Source: a virus (taxonomy: Duplodnaviria; Caudoviricetes). Taken from it: a stretch of DNA of 64,000 nt. The notes under the pieces were generated by a model. It was given only the letters and a program-made list of their open reading frames with translations. It did no database searches and was not told where the DNA came from. The position numbers were made by a program, and so were the translations under genes. This document shows positions 1 through 9,287 of the stretch, one piece after another. Within the stretch, counting starts at the first letter, position 1. Each line of letters opens with the position of its first letter. The stretch lies in IMG/VR virus record IMGVR_UViG_3300025401_000648. One strand, written 5' to 3'.

Positions 1-16
1 TTCTTTTAAAAATGTA

Positions 17-1993
17 ATGATGAACAAGCGTCAAATTATTGAACCAGTTGATTGCTTTATCAGTATGCTAGATGAAAAGAAAAGTTTCGCAAACTTTTTT
101 ATTCAAAAAGCAAAAATAGATAAAGATAAATTTATTACTTTCTTAAACAAAGAATCAATCATCGAGGAAGAAGAAGCCAACGCAGAACATGCGGATCGAT
201 TGGAAAGAATGATTATACAATTCTGCTTAAATTTAAGTGCCCGTGCTAAGGCCAAAAAGATTGATCCAGTGATTGGTCGAGAAAAAGAGATTGAAGAAAT
301 CCAATTAGTGTTAGCCCGACGAACCAAGGCCAATGCTATCTTGATTGGAGATCCAGGCGTAGGTAAAACTGCTATCGCTGAAGGACTAGCCCGTAAAATA
401 CATGAAGGCAAGGTTCCTAAATTTATTCAAAATCATGTGGTCTATAGTTTAGATATCAGTGCCATGCTGGCTGGTAGTAAGTACCGTGGCGATTTTGAAG
501 AAAGACTAAAAACTGTCATCAATGCTCTTGAAAAGAAAGGCAACTGTATTTTGTTCATTGACGAAGCACACATGATGAGTGGTGCTGGAGCAAGTAGTAG
601 CGGCAGTAATGATATGGCCAATATGCTTAAATCAGCATTGGGCAAAGGCGGCATTAAGGTTATTGCTAGTACTACCTGGGATGAATATAGAAAGTATTTT
701 GAAAAGGACCGGGCTTTAATGCGTCGATTCCAACGTGTTACTATCGATGAACCAGATGAAGACACTGCCATTAAAATTATCAAAGGTCTTAGAAAGTATT
801 ACGAAAAACATCACGGTGTTAAAATTACCAACCAGGCTGTAATTGATTCCGTCAAGTATTCTGTCAAATATATCAGTGATAAAAAATTACCTGATAAGGC
901 TATTGATCTGATTGACTGTGCCTGTGCTAGATTCAAGATACGTGATGAAGAAAATGGTGTTGTTGATCATGCTGAGATATTATTTGAAATCAGCAAAATT
1001 TCTAATTTGCCACTGGAGCAAATTACTAATAAAGAAACTGCCAACATGGCCAATTTAGAAAAGAACATGAAGGCCAAAGTTTACGGACAAGAAAAGGCCA
1101 TTGAAAGTCTATTGGATAAAGTCTTTATTGCTCAGGCAGGTCTCAAATCATTAAACAAACCTGTAGGCACGTTCCTATTTGTTGGACCAACTGGTGTAGG
1201 TAAGACCGAAGCCGCTAAACAACTTGCCAGCAACCTAGGAGTCAAACTTGTTCGTTTTGATATGAGTGAATATCAGGAACAACATAGTGTATCTAAATTT
1301 ATTGGGGCTCCTCCAGGATATGTTGGTTTTGAAGATAATGCTGGCCAACTTATCACACAGCTACAGGAAAATCCTAATTGTGTGTTGTTGTTAGATGAAG
1401 TAGAAAAAGCTCACCCCAGTGTGCTTACTGTGTTACTACAGTTAATGGACAATGGGTTTATCACAGGCAGTAATGGTAAGAAGGCCGACGGTCGCAATGC
1501 TATTATTATTATGACCAGTAACCTGGGTGCTAGTGATGCTGAAAAGAATTCAGTAGGATTTGGTAGTTTAGAACGTGATGGTGATCCTAAAGATGCTGTC
1601 AACAAATTCTTTGCTCCAGAGTTCCGCAATCGCCTAGATGGTATCATCCGCTTTGGCAAGTTGGATCACGCTACTATGATTATGATTGTTAAGAAGTTTA
1701 TTGACGAGCTTAACCAATTGGTTGGTGATAAAAACATATTTGTCAAACCTACGGAGCTAGCATTAGACTATCTAGTGAACAAGGGATTTGATAGCAAAAT
1801 GGGTGCTCGTCCGTTACAGCGTACTATCGACGATATGATTAAACGCCCATTAAGTAAAGAAATATTGTTTGGCCGGTTAACCAATGGTGGTATTGTTGAA
1901 ATTGATATTGTCGATGACAAAATAATATTAAACTTTATTGATCCATTACCTATTCCAGATAAGCCTGTTGTAGATAGCGCTGAAACTATCTAA
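17..1993 (+). CDS. clpA: ClpA-type AAA+ unfoldase (5'-partial; frame is open to the window edge)
   Basis: Two AAA modules: GDPGVGKT/LFIDEAH and GPTGVGKT/LLLDEVEKAH; pore loops AGSKYRG and PPGYVGF; VGFG ClpP-docking-type loop; GARPL sensor; no ClpB middle domain; no in-frame stop upstream of 17. Confidence 0.9.
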   Translation: MMNKRQIIEPVDCFISMLDEKKSFANFFIQKAKIDKDKFITFLNKESIIEEEEANAEHADRLERMIIQFCLNLSARAKAKKIDPVIGREKEIEEIQLVLARRTKANAILIGDPGVGKTAIAEGLARKIHEGKVPKFIQNHVVYSLDISAMLAGSKYRGDFEERLKTVINALEKKGNCILFIDEAHMMSGAGASSSGSNDMANMLKSALGKGGIKVIASTTWDEYRKYFEKDRALMRRFQRVTIDEPDEDTAIKIIKGLRKYYEKHHGVKITNQAVIDSVKYSVKYISDKKLPDKAIDLIDCACARFKIRDEENGVVDHAEILFEISKISNLPLEQITNKETANMANLEKNMKAKVYGQEKAIESLLDKVFIAQAGLKSLNKPVGTFLFVGPTGVGKTEAAKQLASNLGVKLVRFDMSEYQEQHSVSKFIGAPPGYVGFEDNAGQLITQLQENPNCVLLLDEVEKAHPSVLTVLLQLMDNGFITGSNGKKADGRNAIIIMTSNLGASDAEKNSVGFGSLERDGDPKDAVNKFFAPEFRNRLDGIIRFGKLDHATMIMIVKKFIDELNQLVGDKNIFVKPTELALDYLVNKGFDSKMGARPLQRTIDDMIKRPLSKEILFGRLTNGGIVEIDIVDDKIILNFIDPLPIPDKPVVDSAETI

Positions 1994-1998
1994 AAGTG

Positions 1999-2033
1999 TC
2001 CTGATTTAGCATAAATACTTGTCTAAATCAGGA
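1999..2033 (+). promoter_or_regulatory. Late promoter ATAAATA (2011-2017) in the loop of an 11-bp inverted repeat whose right arm contains the SD of the 2040 gene
   Basis: TCCTGATTTAG (1999-2009) / CTAAATCAGGA (2023-2033) are exact reverse complements; AGGA 2030-2033 lies 6 nt before ATG 2040. Confidence 0.7.
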
Positions 2034-2039
2034 ACCTAT

Positions 2040-2447
2040 ATGTCAGCCCTAAGTCAAAGTTTAACATTTCCTATATACAATAGCACTTCAAGTGTACAGG
2101 TTGTATATCCAAATTCAGCCACTAATACTATGAACTATATTAGTTATCAAGTGGAAGGGGATGGCTACTATGGCGCTAGTGATGGATTACATACTGTGAT
2201 GTATACAACCACAGACAACTTTGTTGGCACAGTGACCATGCAGGCCAGTTTGGCCACTGTTCCTGCTGATAGTGATTGGTTTACAGTTAATGGTACTACT
2301 TTTGTTGTTAGTACCAGCACATATTACGATAATATTTCAAGTTCTAGCACAGTAAATTGCTACAATTTCACCGGTAACTTTGTATGGGTCCGCGGAGTCG
2401 TAGCCATCAATAATGGTACTGTCGAGTCCATACTCTATAATCACTAA
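2040..2447 (+). CDS. Hypothetical S/T/N-rich beta protein, probably virion-associated
   Basis: ORF 2019..2447; start moved to ATG 2040 (SD AGGA, late promoter upstream); composition resembles the tail proteins in this window. Confidence 0.7.
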   Translation: MSALSQSLTFPIYNSTSSVQVVYPNSATNTMNYISYQVEGDGYYGASDGLHTVMYTTTDNFVGTVTMQASLATVPADSDWFTVNGTTFVVSTSTYYDNISSSSTVNCYNFTGNFVWVRGVVAINNGTVESILYNH

Positions 2448-2469
2448 ATTTCTATTTGGTAAAAGTTGA

Positions 2470-2476
2470 ATAAATA
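2470..2476 (+). promoter_or_regulatory. T4-like late promoter ATAAATA
   Basis: Intergenic ATAAATA heading the 2521-10752 operon; same motif recurs before other late/structural genes. Confidence 0.55.
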
Positions 2477-2520
2477 GTTTATATGTTGAGCTACGGCCAA
2501 CAATTTTAAAGTAGACTACT

Positions 2521-2895
2521 ATGAAACTAATGGAATTTTTCGGCAAGCCCGTCGATATCAACAAAGAAATGTCCAAGGATCGTGAAGATTCTAAAATAGG
2601 TGATGATTTATTCTGGTTCATTGTCGATCATGATCGACTACACAAGGATTTCTTTCATCCTATTGCTGTAAAAATTCACCGAGCACAAAAATCTAATAAA
2701 CTAGATAAAGAAGAAATTGTCAAAGATTTTATGCCCATGGTTATTAAAGGGTGTAAAGAGTTTTTTAGAAAACATAAAATGCTAGGCAACATTAAAGAAA
2801 CTTTCCCCAAAGAACTACGCAAAGATGTTTGCGAAAAACTATTTGATCATTATCGTGAAGATATTATCAAAGGCAAATATAAGATAGGAATTTAA
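2521..2895 (+). CDS. Hypothetical protein with capsid-targeting-like N-terminus (MKLMEFF)
   Basis: 124-aa ORF directly upstream of 2897; N-terminus resembles those of neighbours. Confidence 0.7.
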   Translation: MKLMEFFGKPVDINKEMSKDREDSKIGDDLFWFIVDHDRLHKDFFHPIAVKIHRAQKSNKLDKEEIVKDFMPMVIKGCKEFFRKHKMLGNIKETFPKELRKDVCEKLFDHYREDIIKGKYKIGI

Positions 2896-2896
2896 T

Positions 2897-5800
2897 ATGT
2901 TTCTAAGAGATATTTTTAAACGTATAGTTGTTGAAGGTGGCAATTTAGAATTACCTAATCCTCAAAACGCCAACGAACCACATCGTGCTGATGAAATAGA
3001 TCTACAGGTTCACAACCGTAGTTTTATAGTTCCAATATTAGATAAACTATTAAAAGACATCAACAATTCATTTAAGGCCAAATATAAAACTCCTATTTGG
3101 AGTCAAGACCTTTTGACCAGCAAACAATTTTTAGGCGGCAGTAGTTTACATTTCTTCAATACCAAAGGCATCAACGATCAACAATTTACTGCCAAGAAGC
3201 CCAAGGTAGGTGATATCGATACGCAGTGCAATAAAGAACAAGAAGAACAAATAAAAGAATTTTTAACTGTTTATACAAATAAACAAATTGGTGACACAAC
3301 GTTATTGGGATTTAGCGCAGGCAATGAACAATTCAATGCCCTGTTTCAATTCCAAGATCCGCCAATGAAAATACAGGTTGATTTTGAGTTTGGCCGATAT
3401 AATCCAGAAACAAACACACCAGATGAGTGGTTTAGATTCAGTCATAATAGTGAATGGAATGATATTGATGCCGGTATCAAGGGAGTGTTCCACAAATATC
3501 TTTATAGATCTTTAAGTGGTATATCGTCACGTAGAGCATATATTGCCAAACTGGCAGGACGTGGTAAAGCACGTGCCATACAAATTTCTGATGAACCAGA
3601 AGAAGTTAACTTAATCTCTTTTGCTGTGGCAAGCAAACAAGGTGGTGGTGTTAGTCAAAAATATAAACCCTATATTGATCCAAATACCAATAAGCCCATG
3701 GTGAAAGATAATTTACCAGTATTGGAGCCAGTAGCGCCTGCTGATAGACAATATGAACAAAGATTAAGCAAACAATTTGAAATGTTTTTTGGCCGTGTTC
3801 CTACTCCTGAAGATTCTAAACTACAACAAAGTTTTTTAGGCACATTAGACTTAATTAACAGATATGTTGAAAATTCTAAAAAGGCAGGAATAGTTGAAGA
3901 TTTCTTAGATATTTGTTTTGAACAAGGTAGTCAAATGATTACCCGAGACGATCCTAAACGTGATGCTGAAACTAAATTTATAGCCATAGATGTAATGCTA
4001 GAAAAATTAGGCATGCGATCCATGCGCCCCAAGGCCATTGAAATGGCCAAGGCCTATGAGCAAGATTATAATGATGTCGAAGCATTTAAGAAAGCCAATC
4101 CAGGTGTATCACAACCACGTGCCGCGATGAAAAAAATGGCTGTTCGAGAAGCTGAAGGTGATGCCCCGGCAGTTAAAGCACAACTACGCAAAGGTATGCC
4201 TCACCTTCGTGATCTAAAACCTGCGGACTTTTTAGATCTAATCGATGAGTTACATGATGGCAATGGTAATTTTAAATTACAAAATATTCCATTAAATGTC
4301 AAAATAGATGGATTTGGTGGACGCTTTGGTAAAAACGCAGATGGTAAACCATTCATGGGCACTAGCCGTACTGAGCCACGTTACGAGCCAGGTTTTCTAA
4401 AGTATCATCAAGAAAAAGGCACAACTGATCCAGAAATATTGGGTCGCGCTCAATCTTTTGACAAGTTGTTTGATGAAATGATGAACGCTATTAAAGTAGT
4501 TGATAGTACTTTAGGTCCAGATTTTCTAAAAGATAGACAGGTCACCTGCGAGGTATTATTTTTACCATTTGCCACACAAACTGAAGAAGGCAAATTAAAA
4601 TTTGTAGGTATTGAATATGATCAACTGCCAAAAGGTGTTAATCTTGTGCTGGTACCTTTTCGCATTGTAGAAGGTAGTACAGGTGAGGACATACCTGACA
4701 GTGACAGAGTTATTCAAGAATTATCAAACTTAGGACAGAATGGTAGTGTGGCATTCATGAGCAACAGGCTGGTACAAAAACAAGGCTTGGATGTTACAGA
4801 AATTATCAACCCGTTAGACAACATTGAAGAATTAAAACAAATTGTCAGCGGAGCCGCAGGTAAACGAGACAAAGCCAGTTTACAACTGCGTAGAGAAGTT
4901 GAGGAAAAGTTAAAGCCTATACAAATAGCATTAGAAAAAGCCATTGATGAAGATCCTAACATTATTGGCAAAGACATGTTGGGGCAAGACTACGAGGGTA
5001 TTGTTATCAATAGTCGATTGGGACCAATCAAGGTCACAAGTCAACGCCAAAAAGATATTATCACCGCTAAGAATGCCGCTAAGAAAAATGCCCGTACAGA
5101 ACGCCCACGCAGTGAAAACAAAACAGCAGTAGTGGCCATTGGCAGTTTTGTTGGACATAAAGGCCATCAACAATTATTTGATTACACAATTAAGAAGGCC
5201 AAGGAATTGAATGGCGACCCGTATTTGTTTATGGGCAATGCTGTAGGAAAAGATGATCCAATTCCAGTCGCTGATAAAATTAAAACTTGGCAAATGCTGT
5301 ATCCACAATATGCCAACAATATCAGTGCTGTAACAATGGAAGGTGGAACACTCATGCAGAAAATCAAACATGAGTTAATCAATCCATTGCCAGGTAAACT
5401 GCCACGCTATGATAACATTATTATTATGGTTGGGGAAGATCAGGCCAAGATGCCAATAGCAGGCGCATTGATGAAAGCAGTTAATAAATTTCCAGGCTAT
5501 GAGAATGTCAAAGTTCATTTAGAAGTTACCCCGCGTGGAACTGGAATGAGTTTTACCAAATTACGTGATATTTTAAAAACAGGTAATCCTGATCAAGCAT
5601 TTCAATTATGGAATGATGCGTTTAACGGTGGTCAGTTTGGTGCCAAACAACTACCACCAGAATGGATACGACACCTAATGGATGTAACAAGGAACGGTAT
5701 GGGAATCAAAGAGCCACAAAAACAACAACCTGTTGCTGAACAGAGGTTGTTTAATTCGTTGTTGCGCCCACAAGTAAAGAAAGAAAAGCAAGGTGTGGCG

Positions 5801-6298
5801 GAGACTACAGGAGATAAACCGTTTGATAACATGATGAAAACTATTAAAACGGGTACAAAAAAACAAGCCACCGCAGATAGACGAGAACAAAAAAAGCAAG
5901 ATCAAGAAAGAACAAGAGCCGCTATTAGCAATATGTTTGGCAATAGTATGGATCACTTAAAAAATTTAAAAATTAAAGAGCGAAGTGTGGCAGAAAAGAT
6001 GATGCCTGCCGGTAATTTTTCTAGCACACCCAAAAACAAACTAGGCCCAGCAGGACAGCTAAAGGGCAAGATGAAGCGTCCAGCACGGGCAGGTGATCTA
6101 GTGGGTGGTGCTGAAGAAAGTTATGACGGCGGTAGTTATACCTCACACAAACCAGGATTTGGTGGACAAGGTAGATACACTGATTCTGTGAGAACACAGT
6201 TTAATATTGGTGAAAACAAACTAGTGCCTATTGGTGAAGATCTAGAATTAAAAATGGCCGAAGCTGTGTTAAAACTGATGGAAAATACCTTAAAATGA
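2897..6298 (+). CDS. Multidomain nucleotidyltransferase: Pol-beta-like NTase + ATP-dependent ligase-like adenylation domain + HIGH (cytidylyltransferase-like) domain
   Basis: GGSS...GDID...QVD (Pol-beta type); KIDG, TCEVLF, VPFRIV, YEGIVI, PIKV (ligase motifs I, III, IIIa, IV, V); GHKGH and SFTKLR (HIGH superfamily); basic tail with QGVAE. Confidence 0.65.
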   Translation: MFLRDIFKRIVVEGGNLELPNPQNANEPHRADEIDLQVHNRSFIVPILDKLLKDINNSFKAKYKTPIWSQDLLTSKQFLGGSSLHFFNTKGINDQQFTAKKPKVGDIDTQCNKEQEEQIKEFLTVYTNKQIGDTTLLGFSAGNEQFNALFQFQDPPMKIQVDFEFGRYNPETNTPDEWFRFSHNSEWNDIDAGIKGVFHKYLYRSLSGISSRRAYIAKLAGRGKARAIQISDEPEEVNLISFAVASKQGGGVSQKYKPYIDPNTNKPMVKDNLPVLEPVAPADRQYEQRLSKQFEMFFGRVPTPEDSKLQQSFLGTLDLINRYVENSKKAGIVEDFLDICFEQGSQMITRDDPKRDAETKFIAIDVMLEKLGMRSMRPKAIEMAKAYEQDYNDVEAFKKANPGVSQPRAAMKKMAVREAEGDAPAVKAQLRKGMPHLRDLKPADFLDLIDELHDGNGNFKLQNIPLNVKIDGFGGRFGKNADGKPFMGTSRTEPRYEPGFLKYHQEKGTTDPEILGRAQSFDKLFDEMMNAIKVVDSTLGPDFLKDRQVTCEVLFLPFATQTEEGKLKFVGIEYDQLPKGVNLVLVPFRIVEGSTGEDIPDSDRVIQELSNLGQNGSVAFMSNRLVQKQGLDVTEIINPLDNIEELKQIVSGAAGKRDKASLQLRREVEEKLKPIQIALEKAIDEDPNIIGKDMLGQDYEGIVINSRLGPIKVTSQRQKDIITAKNAAKKNARTERPRSENKTAVVAIGSFVGHKGHQQLFDYTIKKAKELNGDPYLFMGNAVGKDDPIPVADKIKTWQMLYPQYANNISAVTMEGGTLMQKIKHELINPLPGKLPRYDNIIIMVGEDQAKMPIAGALMKAVNKFPGYENVKVHLEVTPRGTGMSFTKLRDILKTGNPDQAFQLWNDAFNGGQFGAKQLPPEWIRHLMDVTRNGMGIKEPQKQQPVAEQRLFNSLLRPQVKKEKQGVAETTGDKPFDNMMKTIKTGTKKQATADRREQKKQDQERTRAAISNMFGNSMDHLKNLKIKERSVAEKMMPAGNFSSTPKNKLGPAGQLKGKMKRPARAGDLVGGAEESYDGGSYTSHKPGFGGQGRYTDSVRTQFNIGENKLVPIGEDLELKMAEAVLKLMENTLK

Positions 6299-6606
6299 AG
6301 CAATTTAGGATTACTTCAGAAAATAGCCAACCCATAGACAGTAGTGAAGATTGTGTACTACCTCCAGACGACTATGCTCACGAGCTAAAGCGTTTACAGT
6401 ATTTGGGCGGTTTAGGTGGAGAGGCAAGGCTTCAAGAATACCGTGCTCATCAAAATGCGGTAAATAAAGGAAGCAATGTCAGTGTTACAGGTACTGAAAA
6501 GGCTCAACTGATGAAGCAGAATAATATTAAACCAGGAACTCCAGAATGGTTTCAACTTTGGTTTAGTAGACCGTATCTAACACATGAGAAACCAGTAGGA
6601 AAATAA
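6295..6606 (+). CDS. Hypothetical protein
   Basis: 103-aa ORF, ATGA-coupled to upstream gene; PGTPEWFQLWF motif. Confidence 0.75.
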   Translation: MKQFRITSENSQPIDSSEDCVLPPDDYAHELKRLQYLGGLGGEARLQEYRAHQNAVNKGSNVSVTGTEKAQLMKQNNIKPGTPEWFQLWFSRPYLTHEKPVGK

Positions 6607-6607
6607 T

Positions 6608-6973
6608 ATGAGAGCAAAAGAATTTATCCGTGAATCATTAGGGTCACAAAACATGGCCAAGGATCAAGTGACTAGTATTCCTAATGCTCACTATTTTCCT
6701 GATTTGGATAACAGTAGTGGTTATGAAGCATATCGTTGGGGTGTGGCTTTGGCAGGTATGCCAGATTACCCAATGCCGCAAGATGGCACTACAGGACAAA
6801 AATTAGTTACAATTGGCTATACTGAAGCAGATGATTTAATTATAGACAGCACCAGTAAATTATTTGGTGCTAGAAAAGTAAGATTGACCCCACGCGGTAG
6901 TACAGAGTTGAAAGACACAAACAAAACTAGCCCCGTGGCTAATTGGATGGGAAAAGAGAAAAACAATGACTAA
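6608..6973 (+). CDS. Putative internal head protein (MRAKEFIRE leader)
   Basis: N-terminus resembles the T4 capsid-targeting sequence MKTYQEFIAE. Confidence 0.65.
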   Translation: MRAKEFIRESLGSQNMAKDQVTSIPNAHYFPDLDNSSGYEAYRWGVALAGMPDYPMPQDGTTGQKLVTIGYTEADDLIIDSTSKLFGARKVRLTPRGSTELKDTNKTSPVANWMGKEKNND

Positions 6974-9287
6974 CGAATTTAAAAAAATCTCCAAGGGTAC
7001 AGAAACCCGTTATATTCTAGAAAGCGAAACTGCTGGTGCCACTGGCAGTGGATCTATTGCCACTGTGCCAGGTGGTATGGGTGGTGTTCGTAAACGTGGC
7101 GGAAACTTGTTAGCTCAGGAAGGCAATAAAGAAAAAGTTCCTGCTACTAAGCCAAGAAACTTTGTGGCCAAGAATGCCAAGATGGGCGGTGCTGGCGCAC
7201 ACAAGGATAAGAAGAAGGCTGAGAAGCAGGGTGATGTAAAACATCGTAAACCATTTGCCGAACAAGGTGTGGCGGAAGGCTCCGGAGGCAATTGGTATAT
7301 TCGGGTCAACGGTAAAATCCTCAATGACACCAAGTATAAGCCAGAGATTTTCTCATCTGAGGACGAGGCAAGAAGTCACGCAATGAAACTTGCTGATAAG
7401 AAACGCATACCGTTGTCACAAATTAAATTAACAAAAAGTTGGATGGATGCTCCTGAGCAAGGTGTGGCGGAAGGCAGTATATCTGACTTATTGAATAAAG
7501 ATTCAGCATCACCAAAATTCAATGACCATCCAGCACCACTCAAAACAAAACATTCTGGTAGCATTCCAACGCCCTACGAAAAAGGTAGATTAGATGCTCA
7601 TAGAAAAAAGCCATATAACAATATCCACAAAGACAAGCAAGATGCGGAAGATTATAAAACTGGTTATGGGCACGTTAAATCTAAGCAAGGTGTGGCGGAA
7701 GGCTCGGGAAAGAATGTAGTCAAGTCAGTCAAGGTAGGAAACTTTAGACACGATTTGGTCAATACTGGAATGGGTTGGCAGGTTCGTATCTATAACGGTG
7801 ATGAACTTTATGATACTGGGTTGAGCAAGAACTCTGAAGAAAAAGGTTTAGCCGCATTGGATAACTCAGTGGCATACACTAAAAAGCAACTAAACATTAA
7901 AGAGCAAGGTGTGGCGGAAGGCGCTCCAGAACTATTGAAGAAAGAAATGCCACTACATCGTCATGCTGAAAAATTATTAGCACAAAATGGCGTCAGTAAA
8001 GATGATCCAGATTATCGCCATCATCTTGGTAACACGATAAAACATCTTCGTCAGTTTGGTAATATTGATTTGATTAACAAGAGTGACGAGCAAGGTGTGG
8101 CGGAAGAGTGGAGTCAAAAATATAAATCTAGTATCAACTGCTCACATCCAAAAGGTTTCTCACAAAAGGCTCACTGTGCAGGCAAGAAAAAGCACACGGA
8201 AAGTATGATGACAATGGAAGCAGTATGTCCTGATTGTGGTATGTGCCAAACACACGGCAACTTGAATGAGATCAAGAAAGGTGCTAAAGACAGTAATGGA
8301 TTTACCAAATGCTGGCCTGGACATCATGCGGCAGGTACTAAGAAAGGTAAGAACGGTGGACAAGTTCGTAACTGTGTGCCTAATGAAAGTTTGTCAGAAG
8401 GTTGGGGTATGGGCGGTTATGAAACTGCCAAGGTACAGCCAATTGAACCAGGCAAAGGCATTGATAAAGAAATAGGTGAAAATCCAGATTGGTACAATGA
8501 CGAAGCAAATAGCATGAGCACTGCTCAACTAAAGAGTTTGGTCAAACATGCTACTAAGCTCCGCCATGCTGTCAAACAAATGCAAGCACAAGGCGATACA
8601 TTAGAACCTTGGCAACAAAGCAAAGTTACCAAAGCCGCAGATTATTTAGATGCTGTATTCAATGCTGTAGATGACGAACATGACATGGACGAAGAGGAAG
8701 GAGCAGGCGGAATGTTAAGCCCTATATCAGAAGCTCCAATTGATATGGATCCGTCCGAACCAATGAATCCAATGATATACGGACATCAAGGTGTTAATCC
8801 TGCTAAACTAAAAGATCGAATGATGAGGGCCGCTGGTCAATTAAAAGATCTAGCACAAAGAGCAGAATCAGGAAGTGCGTTAGGCTGGGAAAGTATCACT
8901 CGTCACTTTGAAGAATTGGCAATGAACATTGAACAAATACGTCATGCTTTAGAAGAGCTGGCTAACAAACGTAAGAAAGGTGGCATTGGTTCAAGAGGTA
9001 TTGATCCACACATTGGCGAAAGTGATCATCCTGATGAAAAAGAAGATAAAGCACTTATTCGTAAAATGGTCAAGGCACAAGCATTGAAACAAGAAGACAG
9101 TTATATGGCTGAGCTACAGGCCAAACTAGCTGAAAAGATTCCCAAGAATGCTCCTGTAGATGTTTATATCAAAGATTTTGAAAAATCCAATGCTCCACAG
9201 TTCCGTGGTAAGACAAAGGAAAAACGTCGTCAAATGGCCATTGCCGCCAGTTACGGTGCTAAAAATCCTAGCAAGAAGAAAAAATGA
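6966..9287 (+). CDS. Modular Lys-rich putative internal head polyprotein with five QGVAE(G/E) repeats
   Basis: 773 aa; unrelated 56-70-aa modules separated by QGVAEG; further [ILV]-x-E sites (LNE, LSE, ISE, IGE) between later modules; CPDCGMCQTH putative metal site. Confidence 0.7.
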   Translation: MTNEFKKISKGTETRYILESETAGATGSGSIATVPGGMGGVRKRGGNLLAQEGNKEKVPATKPRNFVAKNAKMGGAGAHKDKKKAEKQGDVKHRKPFAEQGVAEGSGGNWYIRVNGKILNDTKYKPEIFSSEDEARSHAMKLADKKRIPLSQIKLTKSWMDAPEQGVAEGSISDLLNKDSASPKFNDHPAPLKTKHSGSIPTPYEKGRLDAHRKKPYNNIHKDKQDAEDYKTGYGHVKSKQGVAEGSGKNVVKSVKVGNFRHDLVNTGMGWQVRIYNGDELYDTGLSKNSEEKGLAALDNSVAYTKKQLNIKEQGVAEGAPELLKKEMPLHRHAEKLLAQNGVSKDDPDYRHHLGNTIKHLRQFGNIDLINKSDEQGVAEEWSQKYKSSINCSHPKGFSQKAHCAGKKKHTESMMTMEAVCPDCGMCQTHGNLNEIKKGAKDSNGFTKCWPGHHAAGTKKGKNGGQVRNCVPNESLSEGWGMGGYETAKVQPIEPGKGIDKEIGENPDWYNDEANSMSTAQLKSLVKHATKLRHAVKQMQAQGDTLEPWQQSKVTKAADYLDAVFNAVDDEHDMDEEEGAGGMLSPISEAPIDMDPSEPMNPMIYGHQGVNPAKLKDRMMRAAGQLKDLAQRAESGSALGWESITRHFEELAMNIEQIRHALEELANKRKKGGIGSRGIDPHIGESDHPDEKEDKALIRKMVKAQALKQEDSYMAELQAKLAEKIPKNAPVDVYIKDFEKSNAPQFRGKTKEKRRQMAIAASYGAKNPSKKKK

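Larger units (their letters stand above)
5789..8106 (+). repeat. Dispersed in-frame direct repeat CAAGGTGTGGCGGA(AGGC) encoding QGVAE(G)
   Basis: Exact 18-mer at 7263, 7458, 7686, 7905; 16-mer at 8091; 14-mer at 5789; degenerate copy near 5978-5995. Confidence 0.95.

Noticed and set aside
7263-8106. Repeat-spacer pattern as a CRISPR array
   Set aside because: Repeats are 18 bp, spacers 168-210 bp, all in frame within a CDS, and no cas genes are present
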